Assembly (NCBI GenBank): GCA_028725765.1
Contig: JAQYRL010000011.1
Location: 15,281 to 79,280 of the forward strand
Direction: 5' to 3'
From: Clostridiales bacterium
Lineage (GTDB): Bacteria > Bacillota > Clostridia > Peptostreptococcales > Anaerovoracaceae
Length of the DNA stretch: 64,000 nucleotides
Position numbers and translations under genes: made by a program. This document shows, piece after piece, positions 21,328 to 31,580 of the stretch (its first letter is position 1; every line of letters begins with the position of its first letter). The notes under the pieces were generated by a model. The model was not told where the DNA came from and searched no databases. It saw only the letters and a program-made list of their open reading frames with translations.

Positions 21328-21331
21328 CGCT

Positions 21332-22396
21332 CTATTCCCCCTTTATGTCTAATTTTTCGCTCTCGTTAAATTCATTATCAAGTTTTGCAGTGTAAGAGAG
21401 TATCTGCCCCTCGTTATCTACAATCCCGTTGAATAGAGGTGTATCATCTTCTTCTGGCAAAACAGCCTTCATAGCTACAATTGCAACCTCAAGCATGGAT
21501 TCATCAGGCTCCTTAGTAGTTATCTTCTGCAAATAGATTCCAGGAATGCTCAATATTTTTACAATAAGTGAGTTACTTGCCCCTGCCCATTTGAGTACTT
21601 CATAAGATAGTCCCGCAATAACAGGAATCATTATAATTCTGCTCAATATACGTTCCCATATTGAAGGCCACCCTAGCAAAGGAAATACCAGAAGCGTAAT
21701 TATCATTACAAATATCAAAAAACTTGTACCACATCTAGGATGTAGCCTGTAGAAACTCTGCGCATTTTCTGCTGTCAGCGAACAGCCCTTTTCAAAACAG
21801 TGAATAGTCTTATGTTCTGCTCCGTGATATTGAAAAACTCTTTTAATCTCATCGAGTCTACTGATTGCAACTATGTATGCTAGGAATAAGATTAATCTAA
21901 AAATACCTTCAGTGAAACTTAACCAAACTTCACTTTTAATAAAACTGTCAAAAATCCCAACCACCCATGTGGGAAGCAGTACAAACACACAAACGCTGAA
22001 GATAATGGCAAAAAATGCTGACAAGTAAATCATAATTGTCCATGCTTTCTTATCTCCGAATTTATTTCTGAGTTTATCTTCCAATCGGTCGGTAAAAGTA
22101 CCTTCGCCTTCCTCTTCTACAAGTCCAGCTTCCTCTAAAATTGTAGCTGAATCCATAAGTGTCTTCGTGCCTTCAACCATTGACTGCCAGAAAGCGATAA
22201 CACCGCGGACAAGCGGAATTTTAGTAAATCTACTTCGCCGTGGCCCATATTTTGTTTTGAGACGTATTGTATTATCACCTGTGCGGACGGCAAGCGCAAT
22301 CTTCCTGGATCCACGCATCATTATGCCCTCCATCACAGCCTGACCGCCTATTGAAGTTGGACACGCGTCCTTCATAAATATTCTATCTAAATCCAT
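21332..22396 (-). CDS. DUF1385-family membrane protein (YqhQ-like)
   Basis: 354 aa. N-terminus SIGGQAVMEGIMMRG and HGAEHK motif are typical of DUF1385. Commonly found next to prmC. Confidence 0.7.
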   Translation of the reverse strand: MDLDRIFMKDACPTSIGGQAVMEGIMMRGSRKIALAVRTGDNTIRLKTKYGPRRSRFTKIPLVRGVIAFWQSMVEGTKTLMDSATILEEAGLVEEEGEGTFTDRLEDKLRNKFGDKKAWTIMIYLSAFFAIIFSVCVFVLLPTWVVGIFDSFIKSEVWLSFTEGIFRLILFLAYIVAISRLDEIKRVFQYHGAEHKTIHCFEKGCSLTAENAQSFYRLHPRCGTSFLIFVMIITLLVFPLLGWPSIWERILSRIIMIPVIAGLSYEVLKWAGASNSLIVKILSIPGIYLQKITTKEPDESMLEVAIVAMKAVLPEEDDTPLFNGIVDNEGQILSYTAKLDNEFNESEKLDIKGE

Positions 22397-22420
22397 ATTA
22401 TTAACATTATTTAATTCAAA

Positions 22421-23743
22421 CTACTCAAATATCATTTTAACAGCCTGTACGAAGGATGCGTTATTCTTCGTATGTGCAAGACTATCTATGATTGATTCCG
22501 TAACATCCTTGGTGCCTGGTGCATTCAAAGCCTTTCTCATAATCCATATAGCTTCCAGTTCCTCTGGACTCATTAGGAGATCTTCCCTTCGTGTACCGGA
22601 CTGATTCAAATCTATAGCAGGGAAAATTCGCTTTTCTTGAAGCTTACGATCAAGTCTCAGCTCCATATTACCTGTCCCCTTGAACTCCTCAAAAATCATA
22701 TCATCCATTCTGCTTCCGGTTTCAACAAGTGCGGTCGCCAAAATAGTCAAGCTTCCGCCTTCCTCCATGTTTCTAGCTGCCCCAAAAAATCGTTTAGGAA
22801 AATGCAATGCCGCAGGGTCAAGTCCACCAGATAGAGTCCTACCCGAGCTTGGGATCACGAGGTTGTTTGCTCTTGTAAGTCTTGTAATACTATCTAACAA
22901 AACAACTACATCACGTCCATGTTCTACCAATCTTTTAGCTCTTTCTAAAACCATTGTTGCAACCTTAACATGGTGGGCTGGTAGTTCATCAAATGTCGAA
23001 AAAATCACTTCGCCGCCCCTTAGCGATCTCTTCATATCTGTTACTTCTTCAGGTCTTTCACCGATAAGAAGCACAATAACCTCCACATCAGGATAGTTTC
23101 TCTCTATAGCCTGTGCCATTTGCTTTAGTAATGTTGTCTTACCAGCCTTTGGAGGTGCTGCAATCATACCCCTTTGTCCCTTGCCTATAGGTGCAATCAA
23201 ATCAATCAACCTTGTCGCAAGTTCATGAGATCCGCTTTCAAGACTCAGTCTCTCATTTGGAAAAATCGGTGTCAACTCTTCAAATTGTGGCCTCTTTTTC
23301 GCAGCAGCTGGCTCCTCCCCATTAACTTCCTGAACATATAAAAGTGCTCCAAATCTTTCATTTTGTTTTGGATGTCTTGAAATGCCCTTAATCAAATCCC
23401 CTGTTTTGAGATTGAACCTGCGGATCTGTGTAGGTGCAACGTAGACATCTTTTTCGCTGGTTAGAAAATTATTGAACCTCAAAAATCCGAATCCACCTTC
23501 AGCTAAATCTAAAATTCCTTCTACCACGGGCCTTTCGTCTTCAACTTCTTCAGATTCTTTGGCAATACTATCTACTTGATCGACACTTTCAGCCTTTGAT
23601 TTCTGCAATAAATTGCTCGCTTCTCCATCTTCTTTTTCTGAAACTTGGATGAGATTCTCTTTTTCACTCGAGCAAGCGTCACTCTGAGTTTCTTCTATTT
23701 GAGCATCATTTTTTGTTTTAATATTTTTTTTCTTATCTGTCAT
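22421..23743 (-). CDS. rho: transcription termination factor Rho (atypical N-terminus)
   Basis: 440 aa with CSD-like RNA-binding domain GFGFLR...[16 protein letters not shown], Walker [12 protein letters not shown] and conserved C-terminal ATPase. Confidence 0.95.
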   Translation of the reverse strand: MTDKKKNIKTKNDAQIEETQSDACSSEKENLIQVSEKEDGEASNLLQKSKAESVDQVDSIAKESEEVEDERPVVEGILDLAEGGFGFLRFNNFLTSEKDVYVAPTQIRRFNLKTGDLIKGISRHPKQNERFGALLYVQEVNGEEPAAAKKRPQFEELTPIFPNERLSLESGSHELATRLIDLIAPIGKGQRGMIAAPPKAGKTTLLKQMAQAIERNYPDVEVIVLLIGERPEEVTDMKRSLRGGEVIFSTFDELPAHHVKVATMVLERAKRLVEHGRDVVVLLDSITRLTRANNLVIPSSGRTLSGGLDPAALHFPKRFFGAARNMEEGGSLTILATALVETGSRMDDMIFEEFKGTGNMELRLDRKLQEKRIFPAIDLNQSGTRREDLLMSPEELEAIWIMRKALNAPGTKDVTESIIDSLAHTKNNASFVQAVKMIFE

Positions 23744-24088
23744 TGTTCACCTGCAATATTATCTTTTAACATTTTAAATATTTTATCATAGAAATACCGA
23801 TTTCACAATCTTACGTACAAAGCACTAACCGTTATAATTTGAATATACTCAAAACCACTCGCTTTACATTTTAGTCCACTTTTAAATTGCCTGACATTTA
23901 AGACAAAAACAACTTTGATTAATGCAACAACTTAATATTATTTTTTATTCTTAAGATTAATATATTTATAGCATGGACTATAGTCTATTAATATATCTCA
24001 CTATTTTCAGCGATTTAGCCTCATTTATCTATATTTGATTCAAATATTAGTTTATACTCTATTCTGTGTTTCAGTCTAGTTTTGTTTG

Positions 24089-24097
24089 TGTTATACT
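24089..24097 (+). promoter_or_regulatory. candidate extended -10 promoter for putP
   Basis: TGtTATACT about 70 nt upstream of ATG 24170. Confidence 0.4.
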
Positions 24098-24169
24098 AAG
24101 GTCACTTAAAAAATTATAAAATTATTTATATCTATTTTATATAAATATGTTTAATAAGGGGAAGAAAAA

Positions 24170-25708
24170 ATGGTAGACAACCGACTTTATATTATTTTAA
24201 CTATTGGATTGTATCTAATTGGAATGCTCCTTATCGGGGTATATTACAGCAAAAAAACTTCAAACTCAAGTGATTTTTATTTGGGTGGACGAACTCTCGG
24301 GCCTCTAGTTACGGCGATGAGCGCCGAAGCCTCCGATATGAGCAGTTGGCTTTTAATGGGGCTACCTGGGCTGGCATACCTCACAGGTGTTGCAAATGCT
24401 GCCTGGACAGGTTTAGGTTTGGCAATTGGTACATATGTTAATTGGCTAATAGTTGCAAAAAGAATTAGAACGTACTCTCACCATCTTGATGCCATAACAA
24501 TCCCCGATTTTTTTAGTAAAAGATATCACGATGACAAAAATATTATCAACTTCGTCTCCGCTGTAATAATAATTATATTTTTTATACCATACACTGCTGC
24601 AGGGTTCGCAGCATGTGGTAAGCTTTTTGCATCACTTTTTGGAGTCGACTATTTTGTTGCAATGATCGTAAGTGCAGCTGTCATCGTAGGATATACCGCT
24701 CTTGGTGGATTCCTTGCCGCTTCAACCACAGATTTAGTCCAAAGCATAATAATGACTATGGCTCTTATAGTTATTATGACATTTGGAATATCACAGGCGG
24801 GTGGTCTCGATGCAGTAATTGAAAATGCAAATAGTCTATCCGGATACTTCAGCCTTGTTAAAACTCATGTTCCTGAAACAGGAGGGATGGAAAATTACAA
24901 TCTCTTTTCCACTGTATCCACACTTGCTTGGGGGCTTGGGTACTTTGGCATGCCACATATTTTGCTGCGATTTATGGCTATTCAAGACAAGCAAAAACTT
25001 TCTCTTTCTAGACGCATAGCCACAATTTGGGTGTTAATCTCTCTGACAGTAGCAATATTCATAGGAATCGTAGGGAACGCAATGACATCAAATGGAGTTA
25101 TAGACATTTTGGAAGAGAGCAAGTCCGAAACGATAATAATTGTTATCGCAACATTGCTGAGCAGCCACGGAATCCTGCCAGCGCTGATAGCAGGTCTAAT
25201 CCTTGCTGGAATTTTAGCAGCTACAATGTCGACCGCTGATTCACAGCTACTTGCAGCCTCATCCAGTGTCAGTCAGAACGTATTTCAAGACTTTTTAAAA
25301 ATTAAATTGGACGAAAGAAAATCTATGCTGGTCAGCCGTCTGACTGTTGTTTTCATCTCTATTATAGGTGTTATAATCGCATATAATCCTAACAGTTCTA
25401 TTTTTGAGATAGTTTCATTCGCCTGGGCCGGTTTTGGTGCTACTTTTGCTCCAGTTGTTTTCTGTGCGCTGTTTTGGCGACGTTCCAACAAAATAGGTGT
25501 ACTCGCTGGAATGTTCGTAGGTGCCATAACCATATTTATTTGGAAATACGCCATCAGGCCCATGGGTGGACTATGGGATGTATACGAACTTCTCCCAGCA
25601 TTTGTATTAGCACTCATAACCATTATATGTGTTTCGCTTATGACATCAAGCCCTTCAAAAGAAATCCAAGATGAATTCGACAACTACATCATAAACATAC
25701 ACGAATGA
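24170..25708 (+). CDS. putP: sodium/proline symporter (SSS family)
   Basis: 512 aa. N-terminal region DFYLGGRTLGPLVTAMSAEASDMSSWLLMGLPG aligns closely with E. coli PutP. About 13 TM helices. Confidence 0.88.
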   Translation: MVDNRLYIILTIGLYLIGMLLIGVYYSKKTSNSSDFYLGGRTLGPLVTAMSAEASDMSSWLLMGLPGLAYLTGVANAAWTGLGLAIGTYVNWLIVAKRIRTYSHHLDAITIPDFFSKRYHDDKNIINFVSAVIIIIFFIPYTAAGFAACGKLFASLFGVDYFVAMIVSAAVIVGYTALGGFLAASTTDLVQSIIMTMALIVIMTFGISQAGGLDAVIENANSLSGYFSLVKTHVPETGGMENYNLFSTVSTLAWGLGYFGMPHILLRFMAIQDKQKLSLSRRIATIWVLISLTVAIFIGIVGNAMTSNGVIDILEESKSETIIIVIATLLSSHGILPALIAGLILAGILAATMSTADSQLLAASSSVSQNVFQDFLKIKLDERKSMLVSRLTVVFISIIGVIIAYNPNSSIFEIVSFAWAGFGATFAPVVFCALFWRRSNKIGVLAGMFVGAITIFIWKYAIRPMGGLWDVYELLPAFVLALITIICVSLMTSSPSKEIQDEFDNYIINIHE

Positions 25709-25721
25709 TTAAATAGAAGAT

Positions 25722-26837
25722 TTATTTATTCAGATTCTCAAGAGCCTTGTATAAATGATCTCCGGCAGGTGGATCTATATTTTGCCACCTGTCACCAGTT
25801 GTTTTACTATCACCGTTATTACCATATCTCTTAGGATCTAATAGTATATTGCAACCATCTGATGCAGGTTTCATCTCTCCTATTTCAGTTACGTTAATCC
25901 CTGCGTCTTTACAATGATTAATAATTTCCTCCGCCTTATCGTTTTCAGCCACAATAATCATCGAACCACTCGAAATAAGACGTAAATAGTTAAACTCAAG
26001 TTTGTGTGCTAGTTTAAGAGTAACTGGATCTACAGGGATTTTGTCCTCATATAAATTAACGCCAAGGTTTGCAACTTGACAAATTTCCCACACTGCGCCA
26101 AGTATACCCCCTTCTGTCACATCGTGCATACCACAAGCACCTATTTCACCTGATATAATGCCCTCTTTGACAACACTCAGCTGATTCATAAGAGATTTGC
26201 CACGATTAATTTCTTCTTCGCTAAGAAAGGTAAGTTTATCTTCGGCATCAGAACAGACAATTGCTGTACCTTCCAGTCCTGCCAATTTCGACATCAAAAC
26301 CTTGTCACCGGGTTTCATTTCGGGATTCTCTCGCCCACTTAATGACTTTCCAAAACAGGTTGCAACTGCAACTGGCGTATTGACGGCATCTGTAATCTCA
26401 GTATGACCCCCAACAATTTCAACACCTAGAGCCTCAGACTCAGAGCCAGCCTGAATCATAATATCTTCAAGTTGTTTGCTTGTAGTTCCCTTAGGAAGCA
26501 ACAAAACAAGAGTCATAGCTATGGGTGCAACGCCTTGAGTTGCAATATCATTGCAATTTATATGAACCGCGAGCCTACCAATATCATTTGTTGCTGCTGA
26601 AATTGGATCGCTAGAAACAATGCAGTCAAAGTCACCAAAGTCCAAGGTAGCACAGTCGAGCCCTATAGCAGGGCGTTCTTTGACATCGCCTCGTCTATAA
26701 GTGAGGTGTCTGAACACCAAATTTTTCAGTAGTTTACTGTCTAGTTTTCCAATTGGAAGTTCTTGATTTTCAGTTGATTCTTTATTTAAATTTTCTGCAT
26801 CACAAATTTTCTCATTTACAACTTGCTTATTAGTCAC
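25722..26837 (-). CDS. AIR synthase-related (PurM/ThiL/HypE-fold) protein of unknown function
   Basis: 371 aa. GTG start directly after the ligA TAG, with GGAGG 8 nt upstream. PurM-like N and C domains (DCATLD ... GGHTE ... MHDVTEGG). Confidence 0.7.
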   Translation of the reverse strand: MTNKQVVNEKICDAENLNKESTENQELPIGKLDSKLLKNLVFRHLTYRRGDVKERPAIGLDCATLDFGDFDCIVSSDPISAATNDIGRLAVHINCNDIATQGVAPIAMTLVLLLPKGTTSKQLEDIMIQAGSESEALGVEIVGGHTEITDAVNTPVAVATCFGKSLSGRENPEMKPGDKVLMSKLAGLEGTAIVCSDAEDKLTFLSEEEINRGKSLMNQLSVVKEGIISGEIGACGMHDVTEGGILGAVWEICQVANLGVNLYEDKIPVDPVTLKLAHKLEFNYLRLISSGSMIIVAENDKAEEIINHCKDAGINVTEIGEMKPASDGCNILLDPKRYGNNGDSKTTGDRWQNIDPPAGDHLYKALENLNK

Positions 26838-28814
26838 CTATAAACCTCCTGATAATACTTCCTTCTTCTCTATCCAGTTAGCAACCGTGGCCTCATCCAC
26901 AATACTGATTCCAAGTTCTTTGGCTTTTTTGTTCTTGCCGGACATAGATGACAAATCATTATTTATAAGATATGATGTCTTGTTGCTAACAGAGCCAGAA
27001 ACCTTGCCCCCAGCTCCCTCAATAATCTCTTTAAGTTCCTCTCGGTTTTGATATATCTGCAATTTGCCCGTTACTACAAATGTTAATCCAGCAAAATACT
27101 TCTCTCCACTTCGATTATGTTTTTCTAGAGTTAGTTCACTACGGAGTTGTTGTACTTCCTCTAATTTCGCTTGATTTTGAAAATATTCAACAAAATCTTT
27201 TGCTACAACTGGCCCAATTCCCTCGATATTTTGAAGTTCATTTTCTGAGAGTGAAATTATTTTGTCCCATTCATCAGAGCAAGCTTCTGCGATTAATTTT
27301 GCAGTCGCAACGCCAACGCCTGGAATCCCAAGCCCGTATAACAACTTAGATGCAGTAGTTTTTCGTGATTTTTCAATGGAGTTCACAAGATTTTCAAACG
27401 ACTTTTCCCCAAATCCCTCCATAGATATAATTTTATTTTTATGACTACGCAGATAAAAAATATCAGAAGGTGTTTTTACCAATCCATCGTATATAAATCT
27501 TTCCAATGTAGCTTCAGATACTCCATCAATATCGAGAGCATTCCTTCCGGTTAAGAGTGTAAATCTTTTTATGCTCTTTGCCGGACATTCATCATTCAGG
27601 CAATGTAAAGTCATCACCCCATTATCATTCTTTAATAATGTCTTTAAGCCACACACAGGGCATAGTTCTGGTATTTCTGCTGTATTACTTTGACTCAAGT
27701 TTTCACTAACTTGCGGAATAATCATATTAGCCTTGTATACTGTTATTTTGTCACCAACGCCAAGCTTAAGAGACTTCATAATGCTGACATTGTGAAGAGA
27801 TGCTCGGGAAACTTCTGTCCCTTCAAGTGAGACTGGTTCAAATATTGCAATAGGATTGATAAGACCTGTCCTTGATGCACTCCACAATATTTCCTTGAGA
27901 ATTGTCTCAGCTATTTGGTCACGCCATTTAAAAGCCATAGCATCCCTAGGAAATTTAGCGGTTGCACCGAGGCTTCTTCCATATTCCTTATCGTCCAGAA
28001 CAAGCACAAGTCCATCGGAGGGATAAGGATTATATGCCACTTGATTCTCATACTTTTCTATTGCTTTAACAACCTCATCGCCTATCAGCGATTCTCGTTC
28101 AACGGTTTCAAAGCCCTGGCTGTCAAGCCAATCCATCTCTTCCGATCTAAAATCAAACTCTGGCCCTAAAACCATACCAAAGGCGATGAATCTTACCATC
28201 CTTCGGGCAGTAATCTCACTATTTAACTGCCTGACTGATCCGCTGCAAAGATTCCTCGGATTTTTATAGTGTTCTTCATCCTCCGGCAGCGCGTCATTTA
28301 TCTTTCTGAAATCATCATAAGTAATAATTGCCTCTCCTCTAAGCACAAGACTTCCTTCGTACGGTATTGAAAGTGGGAGATTAATAAATGTCTTTGCATT
28401 ACCGGTAATAACTTCTCCAATAATTCCATTGCCTCTCGTCAAGGCCTTGACCAAGCTGCCATTTTCATATTTAAGAACCACGGTTAGTCCATCAAGCTTC
28501 CAAGATAGGAGACCTTTGTGGTTACCAAGCCACGAAGCAAGCTCACCCCTATCTTTTGTTTTGTCAAGTGATAACATAGGATATTCGTGTTCTTCTTTTG
28601 GTAAAGCAGAAATAACCTCATAACCTACATTTTGTGTTGGGCTACCGGCCATTATTATTCCCGTTGCTTTTTCAAGTTCTTCAAGCTTATCATAAAGCCT
28701 GTCATATTCCAGATTTGAGATAATCTCCTTTGTTCCTTGATAGTATGCCTTGCTTGCGTCATTCAGCTGCTTTATTAGATCGAGCATCTCACTCTTGACT
28801 GATAAATTTTTCAT
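26838..28814 (-). CDS. ligA: NAD-dependent DNA ligase
   Basis: 658 aa with adenylation motif KLDG, Zn-finger cysteines CPVCG...C..C, HhH repeats and C-terminal BRCT. Confidence 0.96.
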   Translation of the reverse strand: MKNLSVKSEMLDLIKQLNDASKAYYQGTKEIISNLEYDRLYDKLEELEKATGIIMAGSPTQNVGYEVISALPKEEHEYPMLSLDKTKDRGELASWLGNHKGLLSWKLDGLTVVLKYENGSLVKALTRGNGIIGEVITGNAKTFINLPLSIPYEGSLVLRGEAIITYDDFRKINDALPEDEEHYKNPRNLCSGSVRQLNSEITARRMVRFIAFGMVLGPEFDFRSEEMDWLDSQGFETVERESLIGDEVVKAIEKYENQVAYNPYPSDGLVLVLDDKEYGRSLGATAKFPRDAMAFKWRDQIAETILKEILWSASRTGLINPIAIFEPVSLEGTEVSRASLHNVSIMKSLKLGVGDKITVYKANMIIPQVSENLSQSNTAEIPELCPVCGLKTLLKNDNGVMTLHCLNDECPAKSIKRFTLLTGRNALDIDGVSEATLERFIYDGLVKTPSDIFYLRSHKNKIISMEGFGEKSFENLVNSIEKSRKTTASKLLYGLGIPGVGVATAKLIAEACSDEWDKIISLSENELQNIEGIGPVVAKDFVEYFQNQAKLEEVQQLRSELTLEKHNRSGEKYFAGLTFVVTGKLQIYQNREELKEIIEGAGGKVSGSVSNKTSYLINNDLSSMSGKNKKAKELGISIVDEATVANWIEKKEVLSGGL

Positions 28815-28840
28815 ATATTTTCTTTCTAAAATCCCAGTAA

Positions 28841-31081
28841 TTATTCTAAGCCACCTTGCTTTCTCAGGTGAGCTATACCCTTGGCGAGTTTCTTTTTACC
28901 GACAGAATCAAACATCACTGTCAAGGTTCTTTCATCTTCATCAATTACTAGGCCGTCTCCAAACTTTGTGTGGTTCACCATGTCTCCCTTATGAAAAACA
29001 TCCCCACCCCTAGCCGCCATCGCGTTTGACTTAGTTGCTTCCTTTGCATATTTCAGCATTTCAAATGGTTTTGATGGTCTCTCAACAAAAAATCCATCTC
29101 TTGATCCCGTTGGTACGTCTATACTATTTTGTGTGCTAGTCTGTCTATATATAGCATCTCCCTCAAGAAGTCTAGGATCAAGTTCCCTCAAAAATTGTGA
29201 TTCCCTAGTATAATCAGTTCTTCCATACTGAGTTCTGATGGCTGCACTTGTGAGAAATAATCTTTGCTTGGCTCTTGTCATAGCAACATAGCAAAGTCGC
29301 CTTTCTTCCTCCATTTTAGCTGTATCTTCCATCGCACGACTCCCTGGAAATATTCCATCCTCAAGCCCTGGAAGAAATACGACAGGAAATTCAAGTCCTT
29401 TTGAACTGTGCATAGTCATAAGAACTATAGCATCTTGCGATTCGTCGTGATTATCAACTTCGGCCATCAAAGCGAGTTTTTCCATAAAGTCTCCAAGCTC
29501 CGATGTTCCTCCGCTCTCACGTGTTTCTTTCTCATAATCGGCAATTTCCGTTTTAAACTCCATGAGATTTTCAAGCCTTCCCTCAGATTCAACCGTCGCC
29601 TCAGACTCGAGCATCTTAACGTAACCCGTTCTAACAAGGAGTTCATCGTATATTTGCGATACTGTTAAATTCTCCTGTTCTCCTGATAATAGCCGAATGA
29701 CTTCCGTAAAATCCTGAATAGCGGCCAATGTTTTTCCCTTGAACGCACTCATGCCAACTCCGCTCAAAAGAGCTTCCATCATTGACATCCCGATACCTGA
29801 TGCAACGTGTTCAAGGTTAGCCAAGGTCTTTGGGCCTATTCCCCTCTTAGGTTCGTTGATAACACGTTTTAAAGATATATCATCTTTTGGGTTAATTATC
29901 AGCCTCATATAGGCAATCAAATCCTTGAGTTCTTTTCGATCATAGTATCTCATACCTGATAATATCCTGTATGGGATTCCCCTATCCATCAAATATCTTT
30001 CAAACACTCTTGACTGTGCATTAGTCCTGTACAAAACAGCAATGTCATTCCACGGAATGCCCCAGCCAACATGTAAATTCTCAATCTCTTGTGCCACGTA
30101 TCTTGCTTCATCTCGCTCGCTCTCAGCCCTATAATATCGAATTTTATCGCCAGCTTCTTTATCAGTCCAAAGTTTTTTTCTCTTGCGCTGCCTGTTGTTT
30201 TCAATAACAGAATGTGCACCAGCCAGAATGTTTCCAACTGACCGATAGTTTTGCTGAAGTTTAATAACCTTTGCACTTGGGAAATCCTTTTCAAAGTCCA
30301 AAATATTCGTTATATCAGCACCTCTCCATTGATAAATACACTGGTCATCATCTCCAACAACACAAATGTTTTGATGCTCCTCAGCTAACAACTTCACAAT
30401 CAAATACTGCAAATAATTGGTATCTTGGTACTCATCTACCATGACATATCTGAATCGTCTTCTGTATTCTTCAAGCACATCCGAGTTCTGGTCAAGCAGC
30501 TTCCAGCCATTAAGCAACAAATCATCAAAGTCCATTGCATTGTTTAATTTAAGGCGTTTTTCATACTCAACAAAGACTTCAGCGATCAGCCTAGTTCTAT
30601 AATTATCTTCATTTTCTGCAAGATACTTTTGAGGCGACAAAATATTTTCCTTGCAATGGCTAATGGTACTCATAATCCCACGCACAGGAAATTCTTTCTC
30701 ACTAAGCTGCTTATCCTTAAGGATAGCCTTAACCAATGTTTTCTGGTCTGTTGTATCATAAATAAGAAAGTTTTTGTCATACTCTACTTTGGTAGGATCT
30801 TTTTTCAGCATGCGCAGGCACATCGAGTGAAAAGTCGTAATCCACATTCCTTCGATATTCCCTACAAGACTCTCAACCCTTTCTCTCATCTCCTTGGCTG
30901 CTTTATTGGTGAAGGTTACAGCAAGGATGTTGTACTTGGATATACCGTTTTCTATCATATAGGCAATCCTTTCTGTCATCGTGCTCGTCTTACCACTACC
31001 CGCACCTGCCAGAATTAGTATGGGGCCGTCAATCTGCGTTGCAGCCTTCCTTTGTTCTTTGTTTAATCTATCTAAACTCAT
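28841..31081 (-). CDS. pcrA: ATP-dependent DNA helicase PcrA (UvrD family)
   Basis: 746 aa with Walker A AGAGSGKTS, DEYQDT and other SF1 motifs. pcrA-ligA synteny. Confidence 0.95.
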   Translation of the reverse strand: MSLDRLNKEQRKAATQIDGPILILAGAGSGKTSTMTERIAYMIENGISKYNILAVTFTNKAAKEMRERVESLVGNIEGMWITTFHSMCLRMLKKDPTKVEYDKNFLIYDTTDQKTLVKAILKDKQLSEKEFPVRGIMSTISHCKENILSPQKYLAENEDNYRTRLIAEVFVEYEKRLKLNNAMDFDDLLLNGWKLLDQNSDVLEEYRRRFRYVMVDEYQDTNYLQYLIVKLLAEEHQNICVVGDDDQCIYQWRGADITNILDFEKDFPSAKVIKLQQNYRSVGNILAGAHSVIENNRQRKRKKLWTDKEAGDKIRYYRAESERDEARYVAQEIENLHVGWGIPWNDIAVLYRTNAQSRVFERYLMDRGIPYRILSGMRYYDRKELKDLIAYMRLIINPKDDISLKRVINEPKRGIGPKTLANLEHVASGIGMSMMEALLSGVGMSAFKGKTLAAIQDFTEVIRLLSGEQENLTVSQIYDELLVRTGYVKMLESEATVESEGRLENLMEFKTEIADYEKETRESGGTSELGDFMEKLALMAEVDNHDESQDAIVLMTMHSSKGLEFPVVFLPGLEDGIFPGSRAMEDTAKMEEERRLCYVAMTRAKQRLFLTSAAIRTQYGRTDYTRESQFLRELDPRLLEGDAIYRQTSTQNSIDVPTGSRDGFFVERPSKPFEMLKYAKEATKSNAMAARGGDVFHKGDMVNHTKFGDGLVIDEDERTLTVMFDSVGKKKLAKGIAHLRKQGGLE

Positions 31082-31238
31082 ATATAACCCTCATGAACAT
31101 TGACTATATTTATATGAAATAGAGTGGTTCGTATACCTACTATTTCACAAATGAAATTATCAATTCTCTGCATTTTAAGATGTCTTTAACTACATAGCGT
31201 ATATATAAGTTTATCATATTCCCCATATTTTGAATAGT

Positions 31239-31273
31239 AAAAATAAAAGAGACAGGTTGACGAGGCCTGTCTC
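31239..31273 (-). terminator. intrinsic terminator 2 downstream of the cobalamin riboswitch
   Basis: Minus strand GAGACAGG-cctcgtcaa-CCTGTCTC (8-bp perfect stem) followed by TTTTATTTTT. Confidence 0.7.
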
Positions 31274-31313
31274 AGCAAAAAGAATGAAAAGCATCCGGCT
31301 TTCCACTTGTCTC

Positions 31314-31345
31314 AATAAAAAAGACTGTGGTAAAAGCCCACAGCC
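31314..31345 (-). terminator. intrinsic terminator 1 (expression platform of the cobalamin riboswitch)
   Basis: Minus strand GGCTGTGG-gctttta-CCACAGTC followed by TTTTTTATT. The upstream ACAGC can pair alternatively with GCTGT. Confidence 0.75.
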
Positions 31346-31403
31346 CGTTTTTGCTGTCATTTAATATCGTTTCAATTTTCGGGTTCACCGCCCTAATGAA
31401 ACA

Positions 31404-31560
31404 TTCCGTGCAGGTCTCCTGGCTCAACGTATCATCACCTCTCTCAGCCTTCCCGAAAACTCAGTGGCTTATTATTGAGATTGGCTACTCGCTTACAGTG
31501 GCGGGACCGCGTAGGATTCTAACCTACTTCCCTCTTAGCTCGCATAGCAAGAACACGAAA
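31404..31560 (-). promoter_or_regulatory. cobalamin (B12) riboswitch aptamer
   Basis: Minus strand carries AGAGGGAAGTAGGTTAGAATCCTACGCGGTCCCGCCACTGTAAGC (B12 core and GCCACTG box), GCCACTGAGTTTTCGGGAAGGC and GAGCCAGGAGACCTGCACGG. P1 pairs TTTCGTG with CACGGAA. Confidence 0.9.
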
Positions 31561-31580
31561 CTTTATTTAGCTACACAAAT

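Noticed and set aside
23976-23985. Perfect 10-bp palindrome GACTATAGTC in the 426-bp rho/putP intergenic region
   Set aside because: It is a short single occurrence in very AT-rich DNA and cannot be distinguished from chance without comparative data.
31214-31294. 26-aa hydrophobic mini-ORF (MLFILFAETGLVNLSLLFLLFKIWGI) downstream of the riboswitch, a possible regulated peptide
   Set aside because: It has only a weak GGAAAG upstream, and its reading frame runs straight through the second terminator hairpin and U-tract. I treat it as non-coding tail RNA.
31274-31313. Searched the RNA between the two riboswitch terminators for ANTAR-type dual hexaloop hairpins, as in EutX/Rli55
   Set aside because: The only hairpin is a single AAAGC-cggat-GCTTT with a 5-nt loop. 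There is no convincing ANTAR target pair, so that specific mechanism is not supported.
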